Counted from the first letter of the stretch, positions 1-9,189 are shown. The stretch is DNA of 33,102 nucleotides from an uncultured Planctomycetia bacterium (GCA_964445715.1 CAYULJ010000002.1:1-33102), one strand, 5' to 3'. Notes: generated by a model not told the origin, from the sequence alone. Translations and numbers: made by a program.

Positions 1-33
1 CTATCAAGATCAATATCCTCATCCAACTCTTCC

Positions 34-798
34 TTACTTATAGGCGCGAATGTTGGCACAGAGGGCTAACTTATGACCAGTTCTGGCATTTCTAATTTTT
101 GATATGACTTCGATATTTCTAAAGCCAACTGTTTCCATAAGCGTTAAGAAATCTTTCTCTGGCAAAGCTCCTCCTATACACCTAAACCAGTCATCGATAT
201 TCTTTTTTATACTTTCTGGAAGGCTATCTTTTAGAACGACTTCACAAAAAACCGTTCTGCCTCTGGGCTTTAATACCCTGAATACCTCTTTCATAACGTT
301 CTCTTTGTTGGGTGAAAGGTTATAAATCCCATTCGAAGCTACAACATCAAAGAAATTATCTTCAAAAGGAAGGTTATCGGAGTGACCGCATTTAATTTCA
401 ACGTTCTTAATTCCTACTGCTTCCATATTATCTCTTGCTTTACTAATCATATCTTGTGAGATATCTAAGCCATAGACTTTACCCTTAGTTCCTACTGCTT
501 TTGCATAAAAGTAAAGGTCTAAGCCTGCCCCACACCCTAAATCTAAGACCATCTCTCCTTCTTTTAACTCTACAAAAGGCTGAGGATTATTAGCGCCTGT
601 AAAAGATTCATACATGGATTGAGGAAGTCTACCAAGTGTATCTTTAGGATAACCTACTTTTAAAGCAAAAGATTTACCTACAGGGAAATTAAATAAAGCA
701 CATGGCTTTTTTGCCACTTTGCTATACTTTCCTTTAACTGCTTCTTTTATTTCATCCGAGGACATCTCTTTTAGAGGTTTTTTCTTTGCACCAAACAT
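34..798 (-). CDS. ArsM-like class I SAM-dependent methyltransferase
   Basis: VLDLGCGAGLD SAM motif, FDVVASNGIYNLSPNK and WFRCIGGAL segments typical of arsenite-methyltransferase-like proteins. Confidence 0.8.
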   Translation of the reverse strand: MFGAKKKPLKEMSSDEIKEAVKGKYSKVAKKPCALFNFPVGKSFALKVGYPKDTLGRLPQSMYESFTGANNPQPFVELKEGEMVLDLGCGAGLDLYFYAKAVGTKGKVYGLDISQDMISKARDNMEAVGIKNVEIKCGHSDNLPFEDNFFDVVASNGIYNLSPNKENVMKEVFRVLKPRGRTVFCEVVLKDSLPESIKKNIDDWFRCIGGALPEKDFLTLMETVGFRNIEVISKIRNARTGHKLALCANIRAYK

Positions 799-822
799 TT
801 TTCTTATCCTTTTTAATTGTAT

Positions 823-1005
823 CTACTTTATATTACACTTTCCCTGTATCCCAAACTTATTAAAGAGTTTCTCTAACAAACAAATCCCTGTTAATCCAGC
901 AAATATCATCATTATACCTACAAAATAAGCCAAAGGTTTAAAGAAAAGAAGACCTATTAAGATAAGTATCCCCATGGTAAGTCTTGTGAGCTTTATTGAA
1001 GACAT
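823..1005 (-). CDS. Small membrane protein, DUF2892/YgaP-like
   Basis: Two hydrophobic segments, AGLTGICLLE motif, strong SD (AGGAGG) upstream. Confidence 0.7.
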   Translation of the reverse strand: MSSIKLTRLTMGILILIGLLFFKPLAYFVGIMMIFAGLTGICLLEKLFNKFGIQGKCNIK

Positions 1006-1033
1006 ATAATCACCTCCTATCTTTGTTCTTGAT

Positions 1034-1058
1034 GTACTCAGATAAATAATCTGAGTAC
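1034..1058. promoter_or_regulatory. Inverted repeat, possible operator
   Basis: GTACTCAGAT-N5-ATCTGAGTAC between the promoter and the SD of the 823..1005 gene. Confidence 0.4.
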
Positions 1059-1080
1059 CCTATAATCACAGATTAAACTT

Positions 1081-1109
1081 ATTCTACACCCCTCCTTCAA
1101 AATAGTCAA
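1081..1109 (-). promoter_or_regulatory. Sigma70-type promoter
   Basis: TTGACT-17-TAGAAT on the minus strand. Confidence 0.65.
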
Positions 1110-1154
1110 TAAGTCGCAGTGAGCCCCTTCGAACATACGACTTCAAGGGTTAAA

Positions 1155-1192
1155 AATAAAAAACCCTCACAGCTTTCGCCGTGAAGGTTTTA
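1155..1192 (-). terminator. Intrinsic terminator
   Basis: Minus strand AAAACCTTCACGGC-GAAA-GCTGTGAGGGTTTTTTATTTTT, a hairpin followed by a U-tract. Confidence 0.7.
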
Positions 1193-1245
1193 CTTTATTA
1201 TTGTCCGGGATTTCCCCCTTCGAACACGGGACATTATTTAATTGT
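1155..1245 (-). ncRNA. Candidate ~90-nt small RNA or attenuator leader
   Basis: Promoter TTGACG-17-TAAACT at 1252..1280, internal hairpin 1202..1233, terminator 1155..1192, no credible ORF. Confidence 0.35.
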
Positions 1246-1303
1246 AATCATAGTTTACATCGGGATCGCGGGTTCGTCAAGAGATCGAGAAAAAAGTCGG
1301 CTC

Positions 1304-1732
1304 TTATCCTCTTTTTTTGGATTTCTTCCCAATCTCCTTAAGGTATTGCTTAAAAAGCTCTGTAACGCTTCTATCAGGCATGCTGTTTATTATTTTATAT
1401 ACTGCCTTCTTATCTACTGATCTTACATTTTCAACCATTTGTTCCATGGTCATGTCCGAGGTAATCTTGTAAGTAGCCTTAATATCTGAAGGCAAATCCT
1501 TTACCAGCTCATAAAGCTTAGCATATCGCGTCCTGAATTCTTCTTCATCTGTTTTTTGTATCTTATCAATAATCTTCTTCTTTGTCTTTTCAATATTTGT
1601 TATTGCTACATATATCTTAACTGTGCTTTTAATAGCTACGCCGGCCAGTTTTTCTCCTACACCAGCTTCAGCCGGGGCCGGGTTTTTCAAAAAGAAAATC
1701 ACAGCCAATAACAAAACCACCCTCAATCTCAT
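1304..1732 (-). CDS. Hypothetical secreted protein
   Basis: 142-aa ORF with signal peptide ending in AEA. Confidence 0.65.
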   Translation of the reverse strand: MRLRVVLLLAVIFFLKNPAPAEAGVGEKLAGVAIKSTVKIYVAITNIEKTKKKIIDKIQKTDEEEFRTRYAKLYELVKDLPSDIKATYKITSDMTMEQMVENVRSVDKKAVYKIINSMPDRSVTELFKQYLKEIGKKSKKRG

Positions 1733-1751
1733 AAGGCCCTTCTTCTATATA

Positions 1752-1986
1752 TTAAAACGCGATCCGGTAATACTCCTTTATGGTTTCTAAGGAATCAGCC
1801 ACCAAAAGCCCTACAAAATAAGCTAGAAAAATAACAATAAGGGTTATGACCAGCTTTTTCTTCGCGTCAAAACCAGGATTAAGCCAGACCAACGGCAAGG
1901 CAAATGGGCCCCACGAACAGAAAGGCAATTACCAAAGAAGAAGTCTTAAAATACCATTTACTCTGTTGTTTTTTATCTAAATCCAT
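1752..1986 (-). pseudogene. Small membrane protein with a one-base frameshift (or sequencing error)
   Basis: Reads MDLDKKQQSKWYFKTSSLVIAFLFVGP, then continues in another frame as FALPLVWLNPGFDAKKKLVITLIVIF...YYRIAF*; span is 235 nt (78 codons + 1), with the extra base in the G/C run near 1906..1912. Confidence 0.65.
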
Positions 1987-1994
1987 ATCTTGTG

Positions 1995-2231
1995 TCATTT
2001 GGAAACAGTTGCCAGTATCTCCGCTATCTTTCTGTCAGAAGTCGCGCCTGATACGATCCTGATATCCCGCCTCTTCACGCCAAACTCTTTTGACAAAAGC
2101 TCTATTATCCTCTTATTGGCTTTGCCTTTCTCCGGCGCGCTTGAGACCTTTATCCTGTAGCTATCCTCAGAAAGTCTCAGCAGTTCTTCTTTTTTCGCCC
2201 TTGCTATGACCTTCAGTTTTATTCTCCGCAT
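1995..2231 (-). CDS. DUF167 (YggU/UPF0235) family protein
   Basis: APEKGKANKRIIELLS and IVSGATSDRK family motifs. Confidence 0.85.
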   Translation of the reverse strand: MRRIKLKVIARAKKEELLRLSEDSYRIKVSSAPEKGKANKRIIELLSKEFGVKRRDIRIVSGATSDRKIAEILATVSK

Positions 2232-2233
2232 CC

Positions 2234-2467
2234 TTACATCTGCGGCAAGGCTTCCTGTATTAAAGGAACGATGCTCTCCGCCTCTTCCTTTGTCATTCTC
2301 CCTAATTTTGCAAATTTATATTCGCCTTCTGCGTCCCGCCTCTCTCTCGATATCTGCAATTTCTTGACGCCTTCATTATAAGCCATGACCTTTACTGACA
2401 ATCTACCCATGTCATTTTCAACAGCTTTACCAAAGACTTCCTTGTCTAAAGAAGCATCGTACGGCAT
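2234..2467 (-). CDS. Conserved hypothetical protein, possibly PC4-like ssDNA-binding fold
   Basis: 77-aa ORF with strong SD AAGGAGG; fold assignment is inference. Confidence 0.6.
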   Translation of the reverse strand: MPYDASLDKEVFGKAVENDMGRLSVKVMAYNEGVKKLQISRERRDAEGEYKFAKLGRMTKEEAESIVPLIQEALPQM

Positions 2468-2527
2468 TGGTCTTCCTCCTTTTGTTTAAAACGTTGCCCT
2501 CTATTTTTTCTTACAGCTGATCTCATT

Positions 2528-3328
2528 TTACACCTCATCACAAGTATAGTCAATATGACATTCCTTAGGAGGATTACCTTCCAGGGTATTTTTTATCATC
2601 ACCTTGACTTCCTCACTGAAATCCCCGGTGAGCATCCACTCTAAATATGGTCGGTCGCTCTTGAGTATACTCTTTATGTGTTTTTTCTTCCTGTACTTGC
2701 CGAACATAGGGTACAATTCACCGTTCCACCAACAGAATTTGCGGTCCTTATCAAAATAAGCGCTCGAACGTTCATAATCGAAATCCTTCAATGACTCTAC
2801 GCCCTGCTTCTCTGTTCCGTACATCTTGATCTGCGCATCAAGTATCTCAACTGTCGCCTCAGCGTCGCCCAGGGCAGAATGCGCGTTATCGAGATTCTTA
2901 TCACAATATAATTTATAAGCGGCTGTCAGGTCCCTCTTCTCGTGTATGTGATAGACTTTTTGAGCATCATATATATTGCGCTCCTGCCAGTTAAAAACGA
3001 GTCCTGCGCCAAAAAACTCGCGCTCAAGCACAGGCAGATCAAACCTCATGACATTGAATCCGCCTATATCAGAATCGCCTATAAAATCCAGCGCCTCCCT
3101 AGCGATATCCTTAAAGCTCGGGGCGTCTTTCACGTCATCATCGGTTATATTGATAAGGCGGCTGACATTTGGTGGGATCGGCATGCCAGGATTGACGCGC
3201 TTCACGTAGCTTTTCTTTGAACCGTCAGGCAAGAGCTTGACCATGCCTATCTCGACTATCTTGTCCTTCTCTATCCACGTCCCGGTTGTTTCCAGGTCAA
3301 ATACCACTAAAGACCTAAGTAATTTCAT
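2528..3328 (-). CDS. DEDDh 3'-5' exonuclease (DnaQ/PolIII epsilon-like)
   Basis: FDLETTG, GFNVMRFD and AHSALGDA motifs; the track start at 3361 lies in the palindrome, so ATG 3328 is preferred. Confidence 0.85.
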   Translation of the reverse strand: MKLLRSLVVFDLETTGTWIEKDKIVEIGMVKLLPDGSKKSYVKRVNPGMPIPPNVSRLINITDDDVKDAPSFKDIAREALDFIGDSDIGGFNVMRFDLPVLEREFFGAGLVFNWQERNIYDAQKVYHIHEKRDLTAAYKLYCDKNLDNAHSALGDAEATVEILDAQIKMYGTEKQGVESLKDFDYERSSAYFDKDRKFCWWNGELYPMFGKYRKKKHIKSILKSDRPYLEWMLTGDFSEEVKVMIKNTLEGNPPKECHIDYTCDEV

Positions 3329-3360
3329 ACGACTATCACTCCATTCTTCTCCCCTGTTCA

Positions 3361-3401
3361 CTTAAGTTTACACTTTAACATTGTTAAAGTGTAAACTTAA
3401 G
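3361..3401. repeat. 41-bp dispersed palindrome, copy 1
   Basis: CTTAAGTTTACACTTTAACA-T-TGTTAAAGTGTAAACTTAAG, perfect; 4 nt from the stop at 3406. Confidence 0.95.
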
Positions 3402-3405
3402 TTAG

Positions 3406-3825
3406 TTATTCAAGGGATACCAGAGGGGTCTTGCGTAGTTCCTTCTTTTCAGAGCGGATCTTTTTATACCTGAGCATCTTTTCCTTGGCCCTGCGGGAAC
3501 GCTTTCGCTTCTGACGTCTTATTTTTTCTATTTTTCTCTGCTCCTCTGCCTTCTTGCCTAGAATGAGCGATTCGATCTTATTGACAAGTATCCTTCTTGC
3601 AAGAAACCTATTCAATGCCTGGGAACGCTCTTTCTGGCACTTGACATCTATTCCCGTGGGCTTGTGCTTGAGATAGACACATGAGGATGTTTTATTGACC
3701 TTCTGCCCGCCCTTCTTACTTGCGCGTATAAATTTTTCCTCTATGTCGCTTTCTCTTATTCCAAGCGACTCCATCCGCGCCTTTAAAGCAGTTTCTTTTT
3801 CGCTGGTTACATTGAATATTGTCAT
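3406..3825 (-). CDS. RF-1-domain peptidyl-tRNA hydrolase (ArfB/C12orf65-like rescue factor)
   Basis: GGQKVNKTSS motif, RSQALNR, highly basic C-terminal tail, no codon-recognition domain. Confidence 0.8.
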   Translation of the reverse strand: MTIFNVTSEKETALKARMESLGIRESDIEEKFIRASKKGGQKVNKTSSCVYLKHKPTGIDVKCQKERSQALNRFLARRILVNKIESLILGKKAEEQRKIEKIRRQKRKRSRRAKEKMLRYKKIRSEKKELRKTPLVSLE

Positions 3826-3827
3826 AA

Positions 3828-5051
3828 TCAGATCTTCTTCCGCCAGAGAAATACTTTATCGTTCTGCCTTACAGAAAAAGGAAGCTTCACTCCGACTTCC
3901 TCGCCCCTTAAAGCCTTTTTTCTGGGTTTATGCCTATGCTCGATCCGACTTACTGAAACTATCCGAGCAGGCGTGTTTTTCCCGATAAACATTATATCAT
4001 CTCCCACATTAAAAGGGCGATCAAATACCTTTATACGCGCAACGCTTATCTTCTTGAAAAACTTTGTCACCTCTCCTATGAAGACCTTCTCGTGAGTATG
4101 TTCCACGCCTTTACTTATCTCACCTACGGGAACGCCAAATAAAAATCCCCTGGAAAACCCGCGGTTATAGACTGTTTCCAGCTCTTTCTTGAGACTTTTC
4201 TTTAGAGAAGTTGACAATCTGTTTTTCAATGCAGCGTCTATTGCTTTTCTGTAAACAGAAGTCGTCACCCTTACATACTCGGCAGATTTCATCCTTCCTT
4301 CTATCTTAAACGCGCGTATACCCACTGCGATCAAATCATCGATAAAACCAATTGTACACAAATCCTTTGGACTTAGAACATAATCTTTGCCTAAGCGATA
4401 AGAACCCTCCCCCTCGACACCAGAGATATAATATTCCCTGCGGCATGGCTGGAGGCACTGGCCTCGATTCGCCGATTTTCCGAACGAATGTTCAGATAAA
4501 AAACACCTACCCGAAACACTCACGCACATTGCGCCATGAATAAACGTCTCTATCTCGCAAGACAAACGCCTTTTCGTAATATAATCCGTGATCGACTTTA
4601 TGTTTTCCAAAGAACACTCTCTTGCGAGCACGATCCTTTTCGCGCCGAGCTTAGAAAAAAACAAAAGCGCCTCTTCATTGGAAACACTAGCTTGTGTCGA
4701 AAGATGGATTTTTAAGCCAAGCTTTTTCGCAATAGAAAAAACAGCCATGTCCCACAGGATAACTGCATCCACCCCTGCTTTTTTCGCAGCAGAGAGGATC
4801 CTCTCGACCTTAGCAAGCTCTTTATCCATGACTATCACATTAAGTGCCAGATAGCCTTTCTTATTATTATCATGCAGGAACTTCATTATCTTTGGTAATT
4901 CTGTTACATCAAAGTTAGTCGCCAAATTCCTCATATTGAGGATCTTCGCGCCAAAATAGACGCTATCTGCTCCGCCCTCTACTGCAGCTGCCAATGAAGG
5001 CCAGTCTCCCACAGGCGCAACAAGCTCAGGCTTTACAATATGTCTTTTCAT
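3828..5051 (-). CDS. Peptidase U32 family protein (TrhP/RlhA-type RNA hydroxylation)
   Basis: PELVAPVG, ETFIHGAMCVSVSGRC, NRGQCLQPCR, SPKDLC and FKIEGR motifs. Confidence 0.9.
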   Translation of the reverse strand: MKRHIVKPELVAPVGDWPSLAAAVEGGADSVYFGAKILNMRNLATNFDVTELPKIMKFLHDNNKKGYLALNVIVMDKELAKVERILSAAKKAGVDAVILWDMAVFSIAKKLGLKIHLSTQASVSNEEALLFFSKLGAKRIVLARECSLENIKSITDYITKRRLSCEIETFIHGAMCVSVSGRCFLSEHSFGKSANRGQCLQPCRREYYISGVEGEGSYRLGKDYVLSPKDLCTIGFIDDLIAVGIRAFKIEGRMKSAEYVRVTTSVYRKAIDAALKNRLSTSLKKSLKKELETVYNRGFSRGFLFGVPVGEISKGVEHTHEKVFIGEVTKFFKKISVARIKVFDRPFNVGDDIMFIGKNTPARIVSVSRIEHRHKPRKKALRGEEVGVKLPFSVRQNDKVFLWRKKI

Positions 5052-5072
5052 ATTTACCCACTCAACTTCTAC

Positions 5073-5113
5073 TTTAAGTTAACACTTTAACATTGTTAAA
5101 GTGTTAACTTAAG
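5073..5113. repeat. 41-bp palindrome, copy 2
   Basis: TTTAAGTTAACACTTTAACA-T-TGTTAAAGTGTTAACTTAAG; compensatory A-T at pair 9/33. Confidence 0.95.
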
Positions 5114-5120
5114 CATCATA

Positions 5121-5585
5121 TTATCTACCAAGAGATTCCCACAGCTTAAAGAAATGATCTTTTATAAGGATAAGTAACTTACCTGTATCGTCATTGTTAA
5201 AACCGAATTCTTTGAGTAATTTCTGGACCCTGTCTATATAAGTATTTATATAAGGATCTGGCTTGTTTCCATCTATTATTTCTGCGAGAAAAATCTCGTA
5301 TAGAGGCAATGACCTGTCAATGACCTCTTCTGCTTCCTTTGCTTCTAATCCTCCGCTTATCAATATCACGGCCATATTGAGAAAATACACCTCAATATCA
5401 TTTTCGAGCACTCCTGCTTTATCGCTGATCTTATCCAGCACTATCTTAGAAAAAGACTCTGCGATTTTCTTGGCTTCACCAGAAACATCTGCCTTGTTAA
5501 TCTCAATGCCAGGCGGTTGGATAGCCATTGCTGTCGCAGTAACAATCAAAACCAAACCAAAAGCTAAAACCATGATCTTCCTCAT
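5121..5585 (-). CDS. Hypothetical secreted protein
   Basis: Signal peptide (ATAMA), SD AAGGAG. Confidence 0.65.
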   Translation of the reverse strand: MRKIMVLAFGLVLIVTATAMAIQPPGIEINKADVSGEAKKIAESFSKIVLDKISDKAGVLENDIEVYFLNMAVILISGGLEAKEAEEVIDRSLPLYEIFLAEIIDGNKPDPYINTYIDRVQKLLKEFGFNNDDTGKLLILIKDHFFKLWESLGR

Positions 5586-5597
5586 ACATGCTCCTTT

Positions 5598-5789
5598 CTA
5601 TATTATTAAAAACAAAAAAGCCAAGAGCAGTAATGCAACAACAATCGCCAGCATGACTCTTGGCGTGGGATATTTAAATTTTCCCATAAAGCCCACGCTA
5701 CGCTTAAGGCTATCACCACAGTAAAGGCACAGCAAGGCCTCGTCATCATATATAGGCTTCCTGCAGTTAGGACAGATATATTCAGCCAT
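5598..5789 (-). CDS. Small zinc-ribbon membrane protein
   Basis: CPNC...CLYC plus C-terminal transmembrane helix. Confidence 0.65.
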   Translation of the reverse strand: MAEYICPNCRKPIYDDEALLCLYCGDSLKRSVGFMGKFKYPTPRVMLAIVVALLLLAFLFLII

Positions 5790-6066
5790 TGTTTTGCCTC
5801 ACATAAGCGCACTGCGTACGGCCCCACCAGGTCTTATGGAGCATATTTCGGATCGGAACGCAAAGCACAGGCTCGCCCTTGACAGTCTTTCGCAGGCCAA
5901 AGCGATTCTCGTAAATATCGCAGAGATACCTCCCATCAGCCCCTCTCTGCAGGTGCTCACATGGGTCGCCCTCTAAAACGCCGCAGCAGGCGCCACAACG
6001 CTTGCACTTAGCCTCATGCTCGTGAAGTTTCCTATCCTGGGTCTCATAATAGAACGCTTCGTCCAT
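5782..6066 (-). CDS. YkgJ-like CxxCxxCC cysteine-cluster protein
   Basis: CKRCGACC, C-x-HL and CDIYENR motifs. Confidence 0.7.
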   Translation of the reverse strand: MDEAFYYETQDRKLHEHEAKCKRCGACCGVLEGDPCEHLQRGADGRYLCDIYENRFGLRKTVKGEPVLCVPIRNMLHKTWWGRTQCAYVRQNNG

Positions 6067-6497
6067 TATCTTTTAATAAAATCAAAAAATATTGCCAGCG
6101 CCAATGCTAAAATAGATGAGGCAAATATAAAAAAATAATTTATCTTGTCTTTTTTTGAACTTAATTTACAAAGAATAGTGCCCAGGACCTCTCTATCGTG
6201 CTGAGAAAGATCTTTATTGTGAAGCAACTTATCTGTCAGTCCGGTCTTCTGCAGTTCTCTATGCAATACCTGATCGTATCTGAACTTATAAACAAAAAAT
6301 ATAAAAAAACCAATAACGCCTGTATACCATAATATCTTGGCAAACAAAGGATTTGCATCCAGGACAATATTCACCGCTCTTAAGGATACAACCGCTATAA
6401 GAGCTATAAAGAAAAAGATCCAGGAAGCTGCAGGATCTTTACAGCTCTTTAACTTAAAACAATCGTAGCAGACAAATTGTTTATTCTTCTTTGTCAT
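6066..6497 (-). CDS. Hypothetical membrane protein
   Basis: Three hydrophobic segments; ATG 6497 overlaps the rlmN stop (ATGA) and has a GGAGG SD. Confidence 0.65.
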   Translation of the reverse strand: MTKKNKQFVCYDCFKLKSCKDPAASWIFFFIALIAVVSLRAVNIVLDANPLFAKILWYTGVIGFFIFFVYKFRYDQVLHRELQKTGLTDKLLHNKDLSQHDREVLGTILCKLSSKKDKINYFFIFASSILALALAIFFDFIKR

Positions 6498-7525
6498 GGA
6501 CTTATCCTCCCAGCCAATTGACCGCATGCAGCATCTATATCGCTGCCTTTTGATTTTCGCAATGTAACACTTGCCTTTTTTCTTTTAAGAGCGCTCATAA
6601 ACAATTTTATTTTTTCTTCAGAAGGCGGCTCGTAACCAGTCTCTGCTACAGAGCTGCATCTTATAAGGTTCACCTTGGCATGCAACCTCCATGCTATCTC
6701 GCCAAGCTTCAAGGCGTCCTTTGTCGAATCATTTATGCCCTTTATCAATACATACTCTAGCGTTATTAGTCTTCCCATTTTTTCAATATACCTCTCGCAT
6801 GCCCTAAAAAGCTTCTCGAGCGGATAGCGCCTATTAACAGGCACCAGGATGTTTCTTAGAGGGTCATTCGCCGCGTGAAGTGATATCGAAAGATTCACCT
6901 GCAAGCCCAGTTCTTTCAGCTTGTCGATACCAGGTACTATGCCGCAGGTCGACACAGTGAACCTCCTAGAGCCTATACCAAGCCCTTCCTTTGAATTCAT
7001 GATCATTATGGACCTTGCCATGTTTACATAGCTATCCAATGGTTCGCCCATGCCCATAAAGACATAATTAGTCAGATCGTAGCGAAGATTGCTCTTTAAA
7101 AATAACACCTGGCCTGTTATCTCGGCAGGCCTGAGGTTTCTTGTAAAGCCGCGACTGCCGCTCGCACAAAAAGGACAGGCGAATTTACAGCCCACCTGCG
7201 TGGAAATACACACTGTCTTTCTTTTCCCGGCATATAAGACAACTGTCTCTATTAGATTATCGTCTTCTAGCTTAAAAACAAACTTCTCAGCGCCATCTCT
7301 TGACCTAAGCCTACCTTCCAGACCCAGGTCTCCCGAATAATAATTCTTACTCAATGTATCTATGAAACTAGCGGGCAAGTTTTTCATCCTTCCAAAATCA
7401 GAGACGCCCTTCCTGTAAAGCCACTCAAAAACCTGTTCTGCCCTGTAGCGCGGCTCGCCAAGATCCAAAAAATCATTTTCCAGTTCTTCTAAAGTGAAAT
7501 CTCTTATATCTGGGAAGGAAAGCAT
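6494..7525 (-). CDS. rlmN: 23S rRNA (adenine-2503-C2)/tRNA methyltransferase RlmN
   Basis: CISTQVGCKFACPFC radical-SAM motif, MGMGEP, ISLHA, EYVLIKGIND and DIDAACGQL; start 7525 or 7531. Confidence 0.93.
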   Translation of the reverse strand: MLSFPDIRDFTLEELENDFLDLGEPRYRAEQVFEWLYRKGVSDFGRMKNLPASFIDTLSKNYYSGDLGLEGRLRSRDGAEKFVFKLEDDNLIETVVLYAGKRKTVCISTQVGCKFACPFCASGSRGFTRNLRPAEITGQVLFLKSNLRYDLTNYVFMGMGEPLDSYVNMARSIMIMNSKEGLGIGSRRFTVSTCGIVPGIDKLKELGLQVNLSISLHAANDPLRNILVPVNRRYPLEKLFRACERYIEKMGRLITLEYVLIKGINDSTKDALKLGEIAWRLHAKVNLIRCSSVAETGYEPPSEEKIKLFMSALKRKKASVTLRKSKGSDIDAACGQLAGRISP

Positions 7526-7546
7526 GATCAATAGTATTAGCGGGAA

Positions 7547-7696
7547 CTAAGCTCTTTTTTTCTTTCTCTTTAAGGCCTTTTTCATCCTATCCTTTGCCTG
7601 CTCACTCGTCCTGCCTTCTGTCAGATGCCCGCAGCATATAGCTGCAAAGCCCTTGCGATTCTTCATCTTGAACACCTGCATCCTTGACTTAGACAT
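7547..7696 (-). CDS. Small basic hypothetical protein (49 aa), absent from the ORF track
   Basis: MSKSRMQVFKMKNRKGFAAICCGHLTEGRTSEQAKDRMKKALKRKKKRA*, SD AAGGAG, fills the gap exactly. Confidence 0.6.
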   Translation of the reverse strand: MSKSRMQVFKMKNRKGFAAICCGHLTEGRTSEQAKDRMKKALKRKKKRA

Positions 7697-7756
7697 ACTC
7701 AACTCCTTCCCCTACGCCTTAAGTTTACACCAAAAATACCACTTTATGATGCTTTA

Positions 7757-8200
7757 TTATTTGTCTCTCGTGCAGAGCCCTTTGAGCTTCTTCTTTTGCT
7801 CTTCTGTAAAAACATTTTTCAAAGCGACGTATGCCGCTATCAAAGCCTTGGTCTTTTCCTTTTTAAGCTCATATTTCTTATCTATTAACGCATTAACCGC
7901 ATTTACGTCTACCGAGTCTTCCCACATAGCTGCCTTGATATCAATAGCGAGTATGTCGATCTCAGCCTTTTTCCTTATCACTTCTTTTTTGGTGGTGATC
8001 TTCAGATCCTTTATCTTTTTTACCTGTTCATCGGAAAGGCCTAATTCTTCCTGGTTTTTAATAACCATCATCGCCTTGAGGTAAAATTTACTACTAAGGT
8101 CTCCCTTGTGATCCTTTTTCATGCCATGCTCTGCATAGACGTAAGTTGTAGATAAAGCAAAACAAACCAGCAGCATTAAAACAATAAATCTTTTACACAT
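7757..8200 (-). CDS. Spy/CpxP-like periplasmic helical protein
   Basis: Signal peptide, ELGLSDEQ and VFTEEQ LTxxQ-like motifs; SD AGGAGG before ATG 8200. Confidence 0.7.
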   Translation of the reverse strand: MCKRFIVLMLLVCFALSTTYVYAEHGMKKDHKGDLSSKFYLKAMMVIKNQEELGLSDEQVKKIKDLKITTKKEVIRKKAEIDILAIDIKAAMWEDSVDVNAVNALIDKKYELKKEKTKALIAAYVALKNVFTEEQKKKLKGLCTRDK

Positions 8201-8235
8201 GCCTTCCTCCTTCCGGCTCTTAGCCGTTCTTTTTA

Positions 8236-8655
8236 TTACCACTTCGAGTTCAGAAGCCCGAATGCCACGTCGTTATTTGAAGCTGCAAAAACTATCTTTG
8301 CCGGGCAACCGCCTGAACAGGTCGTACAATAAAGATACTCTATATTCACTCCGTTACTGGCAAGAAGCTCAGATAGATTCTTTAATGTCCCTGGTTCATT
8401 CTCGAGCTCTGCGACAATAACGTCCCTTTCTCCGATATCCTCATATCCATTATTAATCAATTCAGCGATAGATTTTTGATTGTTATTGGTTATAAATATG
8501 AGATTGCCTTGCGTGCCAGTCCGATCCGAATATCCTGCTACTGTCTCAATATTTATGCCATGATTGACTAAAAAAGACATCATCCGCGCTAGTGCGCCGA
8601 CTTCATTCCTAATACCCACGCTGATTTCTTTTGTCCTCACCAACTTTTTAATCAC
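8236..8655 (-). CDS. Tandem ACT-domain protein
   Basis: NEVGALA...GINIE and ENEPGTL...GVNIEYLY ACT signatures. Confidence 0.85.
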   Translation of the reverse strand: MIKKLVRTKEISVGIRNEVGALARMMSFLVNHGINIETVAGYSDRTGTQGNLIFITNNNQKSIAELINNGYEDIGERDVIVAELENEPGTLKNLSELLASNGVNIEYLYCTTCSGGCPAKIVFAASNNDVAFGLLNSKW

Positions 8656-8665
8656 GCGATCCTCC

Positions 8666-9082
8666 TTATTCGCCTATAATTTTTACAAGGACTCTTTTAT
8701 TGCGCTGGCCATCGAATTCACCGTAGAAGATCTGCTCCCACGGCCCAAAATCAAGCTCACCACCTGTGACAGCGACCACGACCTCTCTGCCCATTATAGT
8801 CCTCTTTAAATGCGCGTCGGCATTATCTTCAGCAGTCAGATTGTGCTTATATTTCTTGACATTGTAAGGCGCGAGCTTCTCGACCCATTCCATAAAATCC
8901 TGATGCAGCCCGCTCTCATTGTCATTGATAAAAACGCTGGATGTGACATGCATGCTGTTTACAAGACACAGGCCCTCTTTTACATTGCTCTTCCTGAGGG
9001 CCTGCTCAACATGAGGCGTGATATTTATGATCTCGTACCGCTCTTTTGTATTAAGCGTCAGGTATTCCGTATGCGTCTTCAT
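8666..9082 (-). CDS. yjbQ: YjbQ/UPF0047 family (secondary thiamine-phosphate synthase)
   Basis: [19 protein letters not shown] and [13 protein letters not shown] motifs. Confidence 0.9.
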   Translation of the reverse strand: MKTHTEYLTLNTKERYEIINITPHVEQALRKSNVKEGLCLVNSMHVTSSVFINDNESGLHQDFMEWVEKLAPYNVKKYKHNLTAEDNADAHLKRTIMGREVVVAVTGGELDFGPWEQIFYGEFDGQRNKRVLVKIIGE

Positions 9083-9143
9083 ATTGCCATTATATTAACA
9101 TAAGAGGGAGGCAAAGACAAACTGTTTTCATCAGGGAATAACT

Positions 9144-9184
9144 CTTAAGTTCACACTTTAACATTGTTGAAGTGTGAACTTAAG
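9144..9184. repeat. 41-bp palindrome, copy 3
   Basis: CTTAAGTTCACACTTTAACA-T-TGTTGAAGTGTGAACTTAAG; compensatory C-G at 9/33; symmetry extends to 9142..9186. Confidence 0.95.
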
Positions 9185-9189
9185 AGGAC

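Noticed and set aside
34-798. Selenoprotein form of the ArsM-like methyltransferase
   Set aside because: The relevant position (WFRC) is a Cys codon and there is no in-frame TGA.
3361-3401. XerD/dif-like site (ATGTTAAA)
   Set aside because: No XerC arm and no 6-bp spacer; only a short match.
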